The position numbers and the translations under genes were made by a program. Below are positions 13,086-25,151 of a stretch of DNA of 64,000 bases, one piece after another (positions within the stretch are counted from its first letter, which is position 1; the number at the start of each line of letters is the position of its first letter). The notes under the pieces were generated by a model. It had not been told where the DNA came from. It did not search any database and saw nothing but the letters and a program-made list of their open reading frames with translations. Source of the stretch: Octopus sinensis (Eukaryota); contig NC_042997.1 of assembly GCF_006345805.1 (NCBI RefSeq), positions 156,922,001-156,986,000 on the forward strand. The letters are read 5' to 3'.

Positions 13086-13569
13086 GACCACTAAACTGGG
13101 ATGACTCCCCAGCCTCATCAAGCAAGAGCAAGCATGCAAGCAAGCAAGCATCTAAAAGGGCTTGTAGGAGAGTACAGTTACACAGGTAAATATATGAATA
13201 ATAAGCCAACATTTTAAGTATCCTTTAGCTTACAAAGCTAAAGGATACTTAAAATTCATTAACATAGTTTTTAAAGCTGTATTACAGTGATGATTCAGGA
13301 TAATTTCTGAAATCAGTTGCTATGAATGAATGAATGGATGAATGGACAGATGGGTAGATCATAACCAAGCTTGTGACCATGCGTGCACATGTGCATGTGT
13401 TTGTGTGTGTGTGTATACATGCACGTGTTTCTCTTTGAGATATATTTAAGTTCTTTGCAGAATTTATACCAGTCACTAAATAACCAAAGATTGTGAACAT
13501 TTGAATTAATGTGTGTTTGTATATATATGTACATATGTGTTTGTATATGTTTAAGTACATAAGTATATA

Positions 13570-13734
13570 GGCGCAAGAGTGGCTGTGTGGTAAGTAGCTT
13601 GCCTACCAACCACATGGTTCCGGGTTCAGTCCCACTGCATGGCACCTTGGGTCAGTGTCTTCTACTATAGCCTCGGGCTGACTAAAGCCTTGTGAGTGGA
13701 TTTGGTAGACGGAAACTGAAAGAAGCCCATCGTA

Positions 13735-13783
<49 letters not shown>

Positions 13784-13985
13784 TTGTGTGTCTGTGTTTG
13801 TCTCCCAACATCACTTGATAATCGATGCTGGTGTGTTTACGTCCCCATAACTTAACAGTTCAGCAAAAGAGACCAATAGAATAAGTACTAGGCTTACAAA
13901 GAATAAGTCTGGGGTTGATTTGCTTGACTAAAGGCGGTGCTCCAGCATGGCCACAGTCAAATGACTGAAACAAGTAAAAGAGTAA
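13570..13985 (+). mobile_element. tRNA-derived SINE family A (internal (TA)n/(TG)n, tail gtaaaagag)
   Basis: A-box TGGCTGTGTGG and B-box GGTTCAGTCCC. More than 10 similar copies in the window. Confidence 0.9.
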
Positions 13986-14417
13986 GTGTGTGTATCTATG
14001 TGTATATGCATACCTGTATGCTTGTATGTAGGTATGTTTTCCTTTGAGATTTATTTAAACTTGCAGAATTGTACCTTGTCATTAACAAAATGACAAAGCA
14101 TTTTTATTTGAGTCTAAAAAGTTCCAGGGATCTGTGACTATGTGACTGAGTTAGTGTGTGCATACATGTGGGTGTATGTGTTGAAATACTTGCACTCATA
14201 TAATGGGTCTATATATACTATATTTTTATAGTGTCTTTAATGTCTCATAGCTGTAATTTTCTAATTAGCCATGCCTTTTCTAGGTAATTTTGTATGTATG
14301 TATATATATGTATGTGTATGCAAGTATGTATGAATGTATACATATACACATGCATGTATGAATGTATGTATGCATGTATGAATGCATGCATGTAAATTTA
14401 TATGTACATTTGAGTGT

Positions 14418-17400
14418 ACATTCATTATATGTACATTCTTTCAGTATTCCCTCATTACCCTGTCTAGCTCAAATATTTTTTTTTCGTTTAGACTTGTCTC
14501 CAGGTTCATAGCCACTCTGATTTTTCAATTTTTTAATTTTTCGTTTAGTATTGTCTCCCGATTCATACAAACCCATTTGCTAGCTCACGATTAACAGAAC
14601 CTCTTTACTCAGCTACGGTGCACCCGCCCTCCCACCCCCACCACGCATGCCGGAAGTTCCTATTCTCTTCCATCCTGGGGTTGCTTCCCATGAAGACTGC
14701 AAATGCTCTCACCCTCCCTACCCCTCCCTACCCCTAGTCTCAACCTATGTAAGGTAATGTTCATACAGTGCAAAATATGAAAGGCTAGCGTTATGCAGGT
14801 TGTACTGAAGGCTACTTTACTACTTCATTTCTTGCACATGAATTCTGCCAAATGCGAGCTTTCTTTTCAGGTACACGAAGCTACTGTCCACCGTCCCAGG
14901 GTCTCTAGAGCCCATGCCTTCCACACCCTCAGGGTTGGCACCCTCAACGTTGGCACTCTGAAAGGTAGGTCTGGTGAGATAGTCGAGATGCTTGAACGGA
15001 GATGTGTGGATATATGTTGCATGCAAGAAATAAGGTGGAGAGGAGGATCAGCTAGGTTCCTCACAGGCAAGGAACGCAGGTACAAGATTTTCTGGGCAGG
15101 GAACACTGACGGGGTTGGTGGCGTGGGTATACTTATCGCTGAGAAATGGGTAGATAAAGTAATTGAGGTAATCAGAGTAAGTGACAGAATACTTAAGATT
15201 AGATTAGTGCTTCATCATAGTTTAGCAACCATTATATCAGCCTATGCTCCTCAGTCGGGGCTACCTGATGGACAGAAAGACCGATTCTATGACACTCTAC
15301 TGCAGACTACCTCATTGACGAACGACAGAGACCTTATCTTTGTGGCTGGTGACTTCAATGGTCACGTTGGACGACATGCTGGGGGCTTCCATGGCGTACA
15401 TGGAGGCTATGGCTATGGCTCCCGCAACGAGGAGGGAACCAGGCTGCTGGAGTTCTGCGATGCAAATAATCTTATGATTTGCAACACTAACTTCAGGAAA
15501 CCTACCAGCCACCTAGTCACTTACCAATCGGGCCAACATACCAGCCAAATTGACTACATCCTTACAAGGCAAAGGAGAGATGGCTGCTTATAAATGCCAA
15601 AACCTTCCCAGGTGAAGAATGTACCCCACAACATAGACTGGTAGTTAGTGACTTTAGGATCAGGACTAGGAGGACAACCAGAAGACGACAAATATGGAGA
15701 AGAAGGATCTGGAAGCTTAAAGATCCTGCAAATGGACAGAGATTTAGGGACATATTACTTGAAGCCTCTGACGAAGTAGAAGGGGATAGAGCATCACAGG
15801 GGGTAGAAGACAGCTGGACGTTTCTAAGGGACAACCTGCTGAGAGCCACTGACCAGATCTGTGGCTGGTGCAAAGTCCCCTCTCGACCTAGAATAACGTG
15901 GTGGTGGAACAATATTGTAGACAGGGCTATTAGAGAAAAGAGACAGGCTTGGAAGGTCTGGAAAAATGGGGGTAGCAGGGAATTGTATCAGACTGCCAAA
16001 AGAGAAGCTAGGAGACAGGTTTATTTAGCCAGAGGGGAAGCAGATAAGAAAAAATTTGCCAATGTTCTGCGCCGTGAGGACCAAAGACTGGAGGTGTTTC
16101 GTGTTGCAAGACAGTGTGTGAGAGAGAATCGTGATGTGGTAGGAGAGAAGTGTGTTCGCATGGAAGATGGTTCACTTGCGCTAAATGAGGATGCAAAGAG
16201 AGAGTTTGGAGATGCCACTATGAAAGGTTGCTGAATGAAGAAAATGAATGGGATAAAGAGAGTCTGCCGAATGTTGACCCAACAGAGGGACCAGCTATCC
16301 GAGTTGATAGTTCTGTGGTAGCTAAGGCAATTAGAAGAATGAAGACAGGGAAGCCCCAGGCCCATCAGGAATCACTGCAGAGATGCTCAAAATGTCTGGT
16401 AGTGTCGGCTATAGCCTAGTCACCCATATAGTTAATCAGGTGATACACAAAGGGGTCATACCCAATGACTGGTGTAGCAGTATAATAGTCAACTGCTACA
16501 AAGGTAAAGGTGATGCCCTAGATACAAATAACTACAGAGGTATCAAGCTGTTGGACCAGGTGATGAAGGTTACGGAGAGGGTCATAGCCCAACTAATTAG
16601 AGAGAGAGTTAGTTTAGATGAGATGCAGTTTGGGTTTGTGCCAGGGAAAAGTACTACTGATGCTATATTCCTGGTAAGGCAGCTGCAGGAGAAATACCTA
16701 GCCAAAGATAAGCCCCTGTACCTGGCTTTTGTTGACATGGAGAAAGCCTTCGACAGGGTCCCCCGATCCCTTATCTGGTGGGCAATGAGAAAACTAGGGA
16801 TAGATGAATGGTTAGTGAGAGCTGTGCGGGCCATGTATAGGGACGCCGCTAGTAGGGTGAGGGTTGGAAATGAGTACAGTGAAGAATTCCGGGTAGAGGT
16901 AGGGGTCCACCAAGGCTCAGTACTCAGCCCCCTCCTATTTATCTTAGTCCTCCAGGCAATAACGGAGGAATTCAAGACAGGATGCCCTTGGAGCTCCTCT
17001 ATGCTAATGACCTTGCTCTAATTGCTGAGTCGCTATCAGAACTGGAGGAGAAGTTTCAGGTGTGGAAACAAGGATTAGAATCGAAGGCCTCAGAGTCAAT
17101 CTAGCTAAAACCAAGTCGTAATCAGTAGGAAGGTAGACAAATCACAAACACCTTCAGGTAGATGGCCCTGCTCGATCTGTAGAAAAGGTGTAGGTAGAAA
17201 CTCTATAAGATGCACCAAGTGTAAGCTATGGACACATAGAGATGCAGCAATGTCAAAGGAAGGCTAACTAGGAAGATGGTTTTTGTATGTGGCAGATGCT
17301 CAGGAACAATAAACACTGAAAATGCTCTGAGACCAACTTCCGTCACTTTCCAGGGAGAAAAACTAGAAATAGTTGATAGTTTCCGTTACCTAGGTGACCA

Positions 17401-18552
17401 AGTCAGCAGCGGGGGCGGGTGTGCTGAAAGTGTAACTGCTAGAGTAAGAATAGCTTGGGCAAAGTTCAGAGAGCTCTTACCTCTGCTGGTGACAAAAGGC
17501 CTCTCGCACAGAGTGAAAGGCAGACTGTATGATGCGTGTGTACGAACAGCCATGCTACATGGCAGTGAAACATGGGCCGTGACTGCTGAGGATATGCGTA
17601 AGCTCGCTAGAAATGAAGCCAGTATGCTCCGATGGATGTGTAATGCCGGTACTCACACTCGGCAGAGTGTAAGTACCTTGAGAGAAAAGCTGGACCTAAG
17701 AAGCATCAGTTGTGGTGTGCAAGAGAGACGTTTGCGCTGGTATGGTCATGTGGCGAGAATGGATGAAGATAGTTTGTGAAAAAGTGCCACACCCTAGCGG
17801 TTGAGGGAACCTGTGGAAGAGGCAGACCCAGGAAAACCTGGGACGAGGTGGTGAAGCACGACCTTCGAACTTTAGGTCTCACTGAGGAAATGACTAGAGA
17901 CTGAGACCTCTGGAAGTGTGCTGTGCGCGAGAAGACCCGGCAGGACAAGTGAGTCCACAACCCGTGGCCTTCTACATGGGATGGAGCCAGCCTACGTATG
18001 CATACCTTCGCTTCTTGGGACACAAAACTCTACTTGTGAAGACGTGTTGAGGCAAGTGAGGATCAGAATCGAAATCGATCAATGGAAATTGCGGATGTGC
18101 TACCAGTGCCGGTGGCATGTCGAAACTCTGCTTGTGAAGACCCATTGAGGCAAGTGAGGATCAGAATCGAAATCGATCAATGGAAATTGCAGATGTGTTA
18201 CCAGTGCCGGTGGCATGTAAGAGAACTTTCCGTTTCGCGACCGTTGCCAGCACCGCCCCCGTTTCGTGTCCGTTGCCAGCCTCGCCTGGCCCTCGTGCCG
18301 GTGGCACATAAAAAGCACCATCCGTTCGTGGCCGTTTGCCAGCTCTGTCTGGCACCAGTGCGGGTGGCACGTAAAAAGCACCCACTACACTCACGGAGTG
18401 GTTGGCGTTAGGAAGGGCATCCAGCCGTAGAAACACTGCCAGATTTGACTGGGCCTGATGAAGCCTTCTGGCTTCACAGACCCCAGTAGAACCGTCCAAC
18501 CCATGCTAGCATGGAAAACGGACGCTAAATGATGATGATGATGATGATGATG
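14418..18552 (+). mobile_element. Apparently full-length RTE-clade LINE, decayed (APE endonuclease + RT)
   Basis: APE motifs (GTLNVGTL, MQEIRW, GDFNGHVG, SQIDYIL) at 14793-15593. RT motifs (NYRGIKLL, QFGF, FVDMEKAFDRVP, GVHQGSVLSPLLF) at 16383-17021. C-terminal ARVRIAWAKFREL...RLRWYGHV at 17276-17779. Several frameshifts, and YADD reads YAND. Ends in a (GAT)n tail. Candidate 10-bp TSD ATTTGAGTGT at 14408-14417 and 18553-18562. Confidence 0.93.
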
Positions 18553-18592
18553 ATTTGAGTGTTAAGTACATATGTAAAAATATATAACTCAC

Positions 18593-18733
18593 TTTTTAGC
18601 CTCCATAATTTCATAACAATTGAAGTGTCAATCATTCCAACCACTGCATGGATAATGATAGCAGCAAGGGCAGCTGCAGGGATGTATTTGACGACAGGAG
18701 TAAAAGTTTTCAGAGCCAACAGCACAGCAGAAC
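18593..18733 (-). CDS. SLC26A11: SLC26A11-like exon F (141 nt, phase 1 to 1)
   Basis: Acceptor cttcttttacag, donor gtgagt. Encodes (G)SAVLLALKTFTPVVKYIPAAALAAIIIHAVVGMIDTSIVMKLWRLK ('YIP.AALAA.II' motif). In frame with exon E across a 34,627-bp intron. Confidence 0.96.
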
Positions 18734-21280
18734 CTGTAAAAGAAGCGATAACAAGAAATATTGATTGGTACAAGTTTGGAAAGAAACAACAAAAATACTG
18801 AAAGAATCATCGTCAGTTGTTGATGACAATCCATTAAAGGTGATGACAGTGTTGATCCAAGACATTAATCCTCTCCTGCCTCCAGCACATTGTTTCTCAT
18901 GTGGCTGGATGTGTCTGACAAGACTGATATGAGACAGGCAGATTCTGTGGCACTGAAGGCACTGAAAGTGACCCCAAACAACAGCTATAGTGGGGTTGAT
19001 TACGATGTCTCCTCCTCTCTTCATGCCGTCTCTTGTGTTAGGTTTCAAAGTACTCTGCTTCAACATCACATGTGGAATCTCCATGTCTTCCAATTGACAG
19101 CCAGGAGCTTGAACTAATTGAAAGGAACACTACATAAAATGAGAGACCACTTGAGATGATCATAAAAATGAAATTTTGGATGTTTATGAGACCTATTTCT
19201 AGTTTCAATCTCACTGAAGAGAACCATGTTTGGGAACCATTTAGCTGGAATCCAAATCACTTGGCCAACCCAGCAGAGAAGACATATCACAGTACATTAT
19301 CTTGACATATGATAGAATGTAAACTGAAGCTGGCTTTTGACTCACAGAGTGTAATGGGTACTGACATGACTGTGTGGTTAAGAACTTCCGTTGTGCAGTT
19401 ACATGATTTTGAGTTTGATCTCAAGGTATAGCATCTTGGGCAAGTGCCTTCTCCCATAACCTTAAGTGGGTCAAAATCTTGTGAGTGAAATTTGGTGGAC
19501 AAAAAACTGTGTGGAAGTCCAATGAAGTAAGTGCTCCCATTCTTGGGCGATGGATTTAATCTGCCACTTGGATTGTACAACAACCAACATCAACACTGCT
19601 GTTGCCTCAGCTCACTCATCTCACTTAACAAACTGTCTAATGTTTTATATATTCGTTTGTTCACCACCCTTAAGAAAAATCGTAAGAAAAAGGTACATGG
19701 CTAAAAATTGTTGGGTGGGGAGAATGGTTGGTTGAATTAACCTATATCACAAAAGGGTGAAGGATATAAAGCAAAGCCAACCCTGGCTAAGTTTGACCTC
19801 ATGTATTCTGATGTTACAGAATATAGAGTTGATACCTCGTTTGGTAACAAAATAAAAAAAACTGAAACAAAGTAACTGAATAAGCAAATAAACAACACAC
19901 AAAAATGTAAAATAAAAAAAAAGAACAAAATAGAAAGCAACAGTGTTTTTAATGACAAAGATGTTTGGATAAATGGACAAATGAAGAAATCAATGTAGAA
20001 GAATTCAGATCACTTTGGATATTGTTATTGTTTAGCCAGGAACCAAACACAAAATCAAATGGACATAAATGACCAAAGGTATTCCCATCCAATTTATTTT
20101 TGGTGTCTACAGTATCAAATAGATTCTTCAACTTTTCATACAAAATAGTGTAACATGAATTACAGAAGAATGTGGATGCTATTTCTAAGAAGTTGAATGA
20201 CCATGTAGAGGCTCCTTTATCAGATCATACTGGTTTAGACAAGATAGGTGCGGTTAGAAAACAGGATGTGGTTGCAGCTTTCTGTTAACAAAAACAATTT
20301 ATGTAGTTCCTTATTTAGAGATTTTCTAACTTAATTTTGGAATACTCAATATAAAAAGAACCTGAAATTAAAAGCCAAAAAATCTACACACACCTTGCAA
20401 TACACAATGTTATATGTGACTATGTACACATGTAAGAATATGTACATATACTGGTGTATATGTATACATGTGTGTGTGTATGTGTGTGTGTGTGCGTGCA
20501 TTTGTGTCTGCATGTGAAGTAATGTTATCCTTATATTTTAAATAAACATCTTTCTTGACATGAAGTGTCAAAGAAAGGTTATATTGTGGAGAGAATTGAA
20601 CTTTGTCAAAAGTATAAATAAAAAGTAAAATTTTTAAGGGGAAAAATGGAAAATTGAAATACATAATGTTGATGACCATGATGATGATGATTACAGGCCA
20701 AAAATAGTTTGTTGCTGTTATGATGTTGCTGATGATGAAGGCAACATCCTCTTTAATCACTTGGTAAAGAATGTGCGCAGTTCAACATCCAAAAGAATAC
20801 ATACTCACATCGCACACCCACACATATATATATGTGTACACACACACACATACAGAATTATTTATTTAGTCTGTTAAAGTGGTTTGCTACTCTGGATAAC
20901 TTTAAATAAACTATTACACTCTGTTATAATATTGAGTACTTTTTCTCTGATTGGTTAAAATCAACAAATGTGTGTGTGTGTATGTTTGTGACTGTCTGTC
21001 TGCTTGTGTGTATAAATAATGACACACACACACAGATATATATATGAAATTATCCACATAATTATAATTAGGGTTCAGCTAACTGCTTCACCACATACCG
21101 AAATTAGAAAAAGGAGTCAAAAATTCCTTCTCTACTACTATAAGAATAACGTACCAATCTATAAAGGTTATTTTAATGTACCAATCTACTTGGTAAAATT
21201 GTTAATTAATTGATTAATTAATTAATTAATTTAATTAATAAATTTTACCCTTCTATTATTAATTTATATATATATATATA

Positions 21281-21999
21281 TTTTTATGTAAGAGTTAGAG
21301 GTTGGGAAGCTAACCAACTAAGGGATAGTACCTATCTAATATACTGCTGGTAGTGTGCCCAGTTATTAATACCCAAGAGCTGGTTATTGCATGGCAATTT
21401 CACAATCAAGTGTCATATATGGGTGGGAGTAAAAAGTGGTTGACCTTTAATTTATACGGCAAAAAGAAAATGGAGGAGATACAAGAATGACATACATCAG
21501 CCAGCAGACATTCTATTATATCTATTTATTCCAAAACAAAAGGGAGTATTATAAGAATACATACACATGCAAAGACTGTACGCTACACAAATATATACTA
21601 GTAATACATAAAAGAGTAAAATATTAAAAGATATATATATATATATATATTTTTATGTAAGAGTTAGAGGTTGGGAAGCTAACCAACTAAGGGATAGTAC
21701 CTATCTAATATACTGCTGGTAGTGTGCCCAGTTATTAATACCCAAGAGCTGGTTATTGCATGGCAATTTCACAATCAAGTGTCATATATGGGTGGGAGTA
21801 AAAAGTGGTTGACCTTTAATTTATACGGCAAAAAGAAAATGGAGGAGATACAAGAATGACATACATCAGCCAGCAGACATTCTATTATATCTATTTATTC
21901 CAAAACAAAAGGGAGTATTATAAGAATACATACACATGCAAAGACTGTACGCTACACAAATATATACTAGTAATACATAAAAGAGTAAAATATTAAAAG
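21281..21999. repeat. Tandem duplication of a 350-bp unit (period 369 bp) bounded by (AT)n
   Basis: 21281-21630 appears identical to 21650-21999 on inspection. Confidence 0.95.
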
Positions 22000-22252
22000 A
22001 TATATATATATATCAGATCGCCATGTTGATTCGCTAGCCTCTGCACGCATTTTTTTTCTCTCCTTGTTTCTCTCTGTGTTTCTTTTCTGTGTATCTTTCT
22101 GTTGAAGAGCGTAGGCTCAAAACGTAAAAGACTTGTCTTATTTATATTCCTGAGCGCCATACTAATACAATTGTTTGTTTGTATTCCACCTGCCTTCGTC
22201 TTTTGTTTATTTTCATAAAGCTTCCCGTTATATATATATAGATAGATATATA

Positions 22253-22662
22253 GGCGCAGGAGTGGCTGTGTGGTAAGTAGCTTGCTAACCAACCACATGG
22301 TTCCGGGTTCAGTCCCACTGCGTGGCATCTTGGGCAAGTGTCTTCTGCTATAGCCCCGGCTGACCAATACCTTGTGAGTGGATTTGGTAGACGGAAACTG
22401 AAAGAAGCCTGTCGTATATATGTATATATATATATGTGTGTGTGTGTGTTTGTGTGTCTGTGTTTGTTCCCCTAGCATTGCTTGACAACCGATGCTGGTG
22501 TGTTTATGTCCCCATCACTTAGCGGTTCGGCAAAAAAGAGACCGATAGAATAAGTACTGGGCTTCCAAAGAATAAGTCCCGGGGTAGATTTGCTTGACTA
22601 AAGGCGGTGCTCCAGCATGGTCGCAGTCAAATGACTGAAACAAGTAAAAGAGAGTAAAAGAG
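22253..22662 (+). mobile_element. SINE family A copy
   Basis: Near-identical to 13570-13985. Confidence 0.9.
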
Positions 22663-23064
22663 AATATATATAAACATGCACCTCATCATCATTATCCTCA
22701 TCTACTTTGAGCTTCATGTCTGCATAGGCACCACTGGTTGTTTATATGTGCATGTTTGTTTAGGTGTATGTGAGTATGTGTGTGTGTGTATACGTTTGTG
22801 TGAGTAATGATATATGAGAATATTTTGAGGAAAAGACACACTGCTGAGGATCCAATCAAATCTGTTGCAAGAATAAATGAAAAATTTACAAGGCAAATAA
22901 AGTAAGATATATAATGCTGAGGATCAATCATAATTATAGCAAAGTCTATTGCTTGTGGTCATGATATTGCTGATGATAGAGGCAATGACCTCATTAATAT
23001 CTCAGAGAAAGAATGCTTGTGGTTCAAGTTTTGGAAAACAATATATATACACAAGCATGTGCAT

Positions 23065-23105
<41 letters not shown>

Positions 23106-23134
23106 ATGTTGCTTTGAAATTTTCTGATTTTTAT

Positions 23135-23894
23135 CCTGTAGCATTTAAACTGGCCATATCTGGCCCAAATATTCTACCTTGTTTTATGCTGGATCTGGCC
23201 AGATCCGGCCTCTCACACCTTTCCTATAATATCTCTATATCTATAAGCTGCAAAATGCTTGTGTATCTGTGTCTGTGTGTCCTTTATACAAATGCACAGT
23301 TTTTCATGTAGAAGGCTCGCATTTTCTATGGGCTTTCAAAACTGTCTGAGGGTTGTTGTGAAGATCTTTTCAGTTCCCCAGTCACCCCAGGAAGCCATTA
23401 AAAAAATCGATAAACCAACCCCTTATGCCCATAAGTTATGGGCATATCCATTCAAAATCGCTAAAACATAGAAATTTGTACGTGGTGCGTGTGTACAGCT
23501 AGATACGCCAATAGACTGCCAGCTGTTTTTTGATTGGACAGAGGTAATTTTACCCTTGACATTTGAATACGTGTGTGCATTTGCAGACAGTCTGTATGAT
23601 TCAACTTATTTTTGTGTTTTGGCTTTCAAACGTGCACGCTTTTTTGATTTGAGAAATGCAGGGAATAATTAACGAGTTAGACCAAGTGAATGACAAGAGA
23701 GCGGGATTTTCATGAAAGACCAAATATGCTTGACTAGCACTAGACCCGGCAACGCTGGGTTATAGTGCTAGTCATTTTAAAAATAAACAATCACATCATC
23801 AAAACCTCAAAGCTATGAGATTATGCATGATTAATTCAAAACAATGTATATCGATAAGTGTTGCATTTGGCAGAGTAATCTGATTGCTAAAGGG
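23135..23894. mobile_element. TTAA-flanked (piggyBac-type) MITE
   Basis: Ends (C)CCTTTAGCA...TGCTAAAGGG|TTAA. Related copies at 28861-29082, ~45770-46330 and 61140-61538. Confidence 0.7.
23232..23771 (+). mobile_element. Non-autonomous Helitron nested in a TTAA MITE
   Basis: 5' A|TC start; 3' hairpin CCCGGCAACGCTGGG then CTAG|T. Host MITE sequence is contiguous on both sides. Confidence 0.8.
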
Positions 23895-24113
23895 TTAAAT
23901 ACCTATATGTCATCGTCGACATCTTCATTGTTCTAATGTCCACTTTTCTGTGTTTGCATGTGTTGACCAGACTGCCTTGAGACAGATTTTCTATGACTGA
24001 ATGTCCAAGATGTCACCACCGCTCACCTATTTCCTGGCATTGTAACATTAACTGCAAATGAATGACACTGCATATATGCCAATGATACTTGTTTACAACT
24101 ATTGTATTAATAT

Positions 24114-24858
24114 GTGCAGGAGTGGCTGTGTGGTAAGTAGCTTGCTTACCACATAGGTACCTGTCACGAGACAGATTCATGAGAAGATGGAAGCCTGTGG
24201 CAAGGAAGCTGGGAGTGTTTGGCACCAGGTAGGTGGAAGCCAAAAACAGGAGAGAAAAAGCAAGGGGTCTACCCTGGTGGTCGGATGCCTATTCTTCAGA
24301 GAAGCCATTACAAATTTCATTTGTAATGAGCAACGCTTAAGTCAAAAGTTATGAACATATTTATTAAATTATTGTAAATTTTAAATTGTAAATATTTAAT
24401 CGCTACAGCTACTTCACCCTTTTATGTTTGTCTGTTCTTGTTCGTCCCCTCTTTGTAATGCCTTCATGGCAAATATTTATTAAATAAAGTAGCTTGCTTA
24501 CCAACCACATGGTTCCAAGTTCAGTCCCACTGCATGGCACCTTGGGCAAGTGTCTTCTACTATAGCTTCGGGCCGACCAAAGCCTTGTGAGTGGATTTGG
24601 TAGATAGAAACTGAAAGAAGCCCGTCGTATATATATGTATATATGTGTGTGTGTATATATGTTTGTCCCCCTAACATCTCTTGACAACTGATGCTGGTGT
24701 GTTTACATCCCCGTAACTTAGCGGTTCGGCAAAAAGAGACCGTTAGAATAAGTACTAGGCTTACAAAGGATAAGTCCTGGGGTCGATTTGCTCGACTAAA
24801 GGTGGTGCTCCAGCATGGCCGCAGTCAAATGACTGAAACAAGTAAAAGAGTAAAAGAG
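24114..24858 (+). mobile_element. SINE family A copy interrupted by a LINE 3' end
   Basis: Head at 24114-24151; remainder resumes at 24487. Confidence 0.88.
24152..24486 (+). mobile_element. 5'-truncated L1/Tx1-like LINE 3' end inserted into a SINE head
   Basis: ORF tail HRYLSRDRFMRRWKPVARKLGVFGTR* (24152-24232), then a 3' UTR and A-rich end. Perfect 17-bp TSD AAGTAGCTTGCTTACCA at 24135-24151 and 24487-24503. The clade call rests on a short peptide only. Confidence 0.65.
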
Positions 24859-25110
24859 TAATGTCAAAATGAAAAGGGTGTACTTCTTGATTTTCTGGAA
24901 TGTCGTTGTACTGTGAATAGCATACATGCAGAGGCACACACATGAGTAGAATGGAGAAAGAGCTTTAGTTCTATCTTTATGAAGACATTACAATTTATCT
25001 AGTGATAATGTCATAGTACAATGTAACTTGTATACTCTGCAAAGTGGTTGACGGTAGGAGGTGCATCCAACAGGACAAAATAAATGCATGGACAAGATGT
25101 TATATATATA

Positions 25111-25151
<41 letters not shown>

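Noticed and set aside
13570-13660. tRNA-like A/B boxes as candidate tRNA genes
   Set aside because: All continue into SINE bodies and do not form complete cloverleaves.
19965-20130. KWTNEEINVEEFRSLWILLLF...VSNRF, reminiscent of a piggyBac transposase
   Set aside because: Too short and diverged to support a call by eye.
20410-20760. 116-aa hydrophobic ORF on the gene-sense strand
   Set aside because: No splice sites compatible with SLC26, and the paralogous copies are not open in this frame and show no codon bias.
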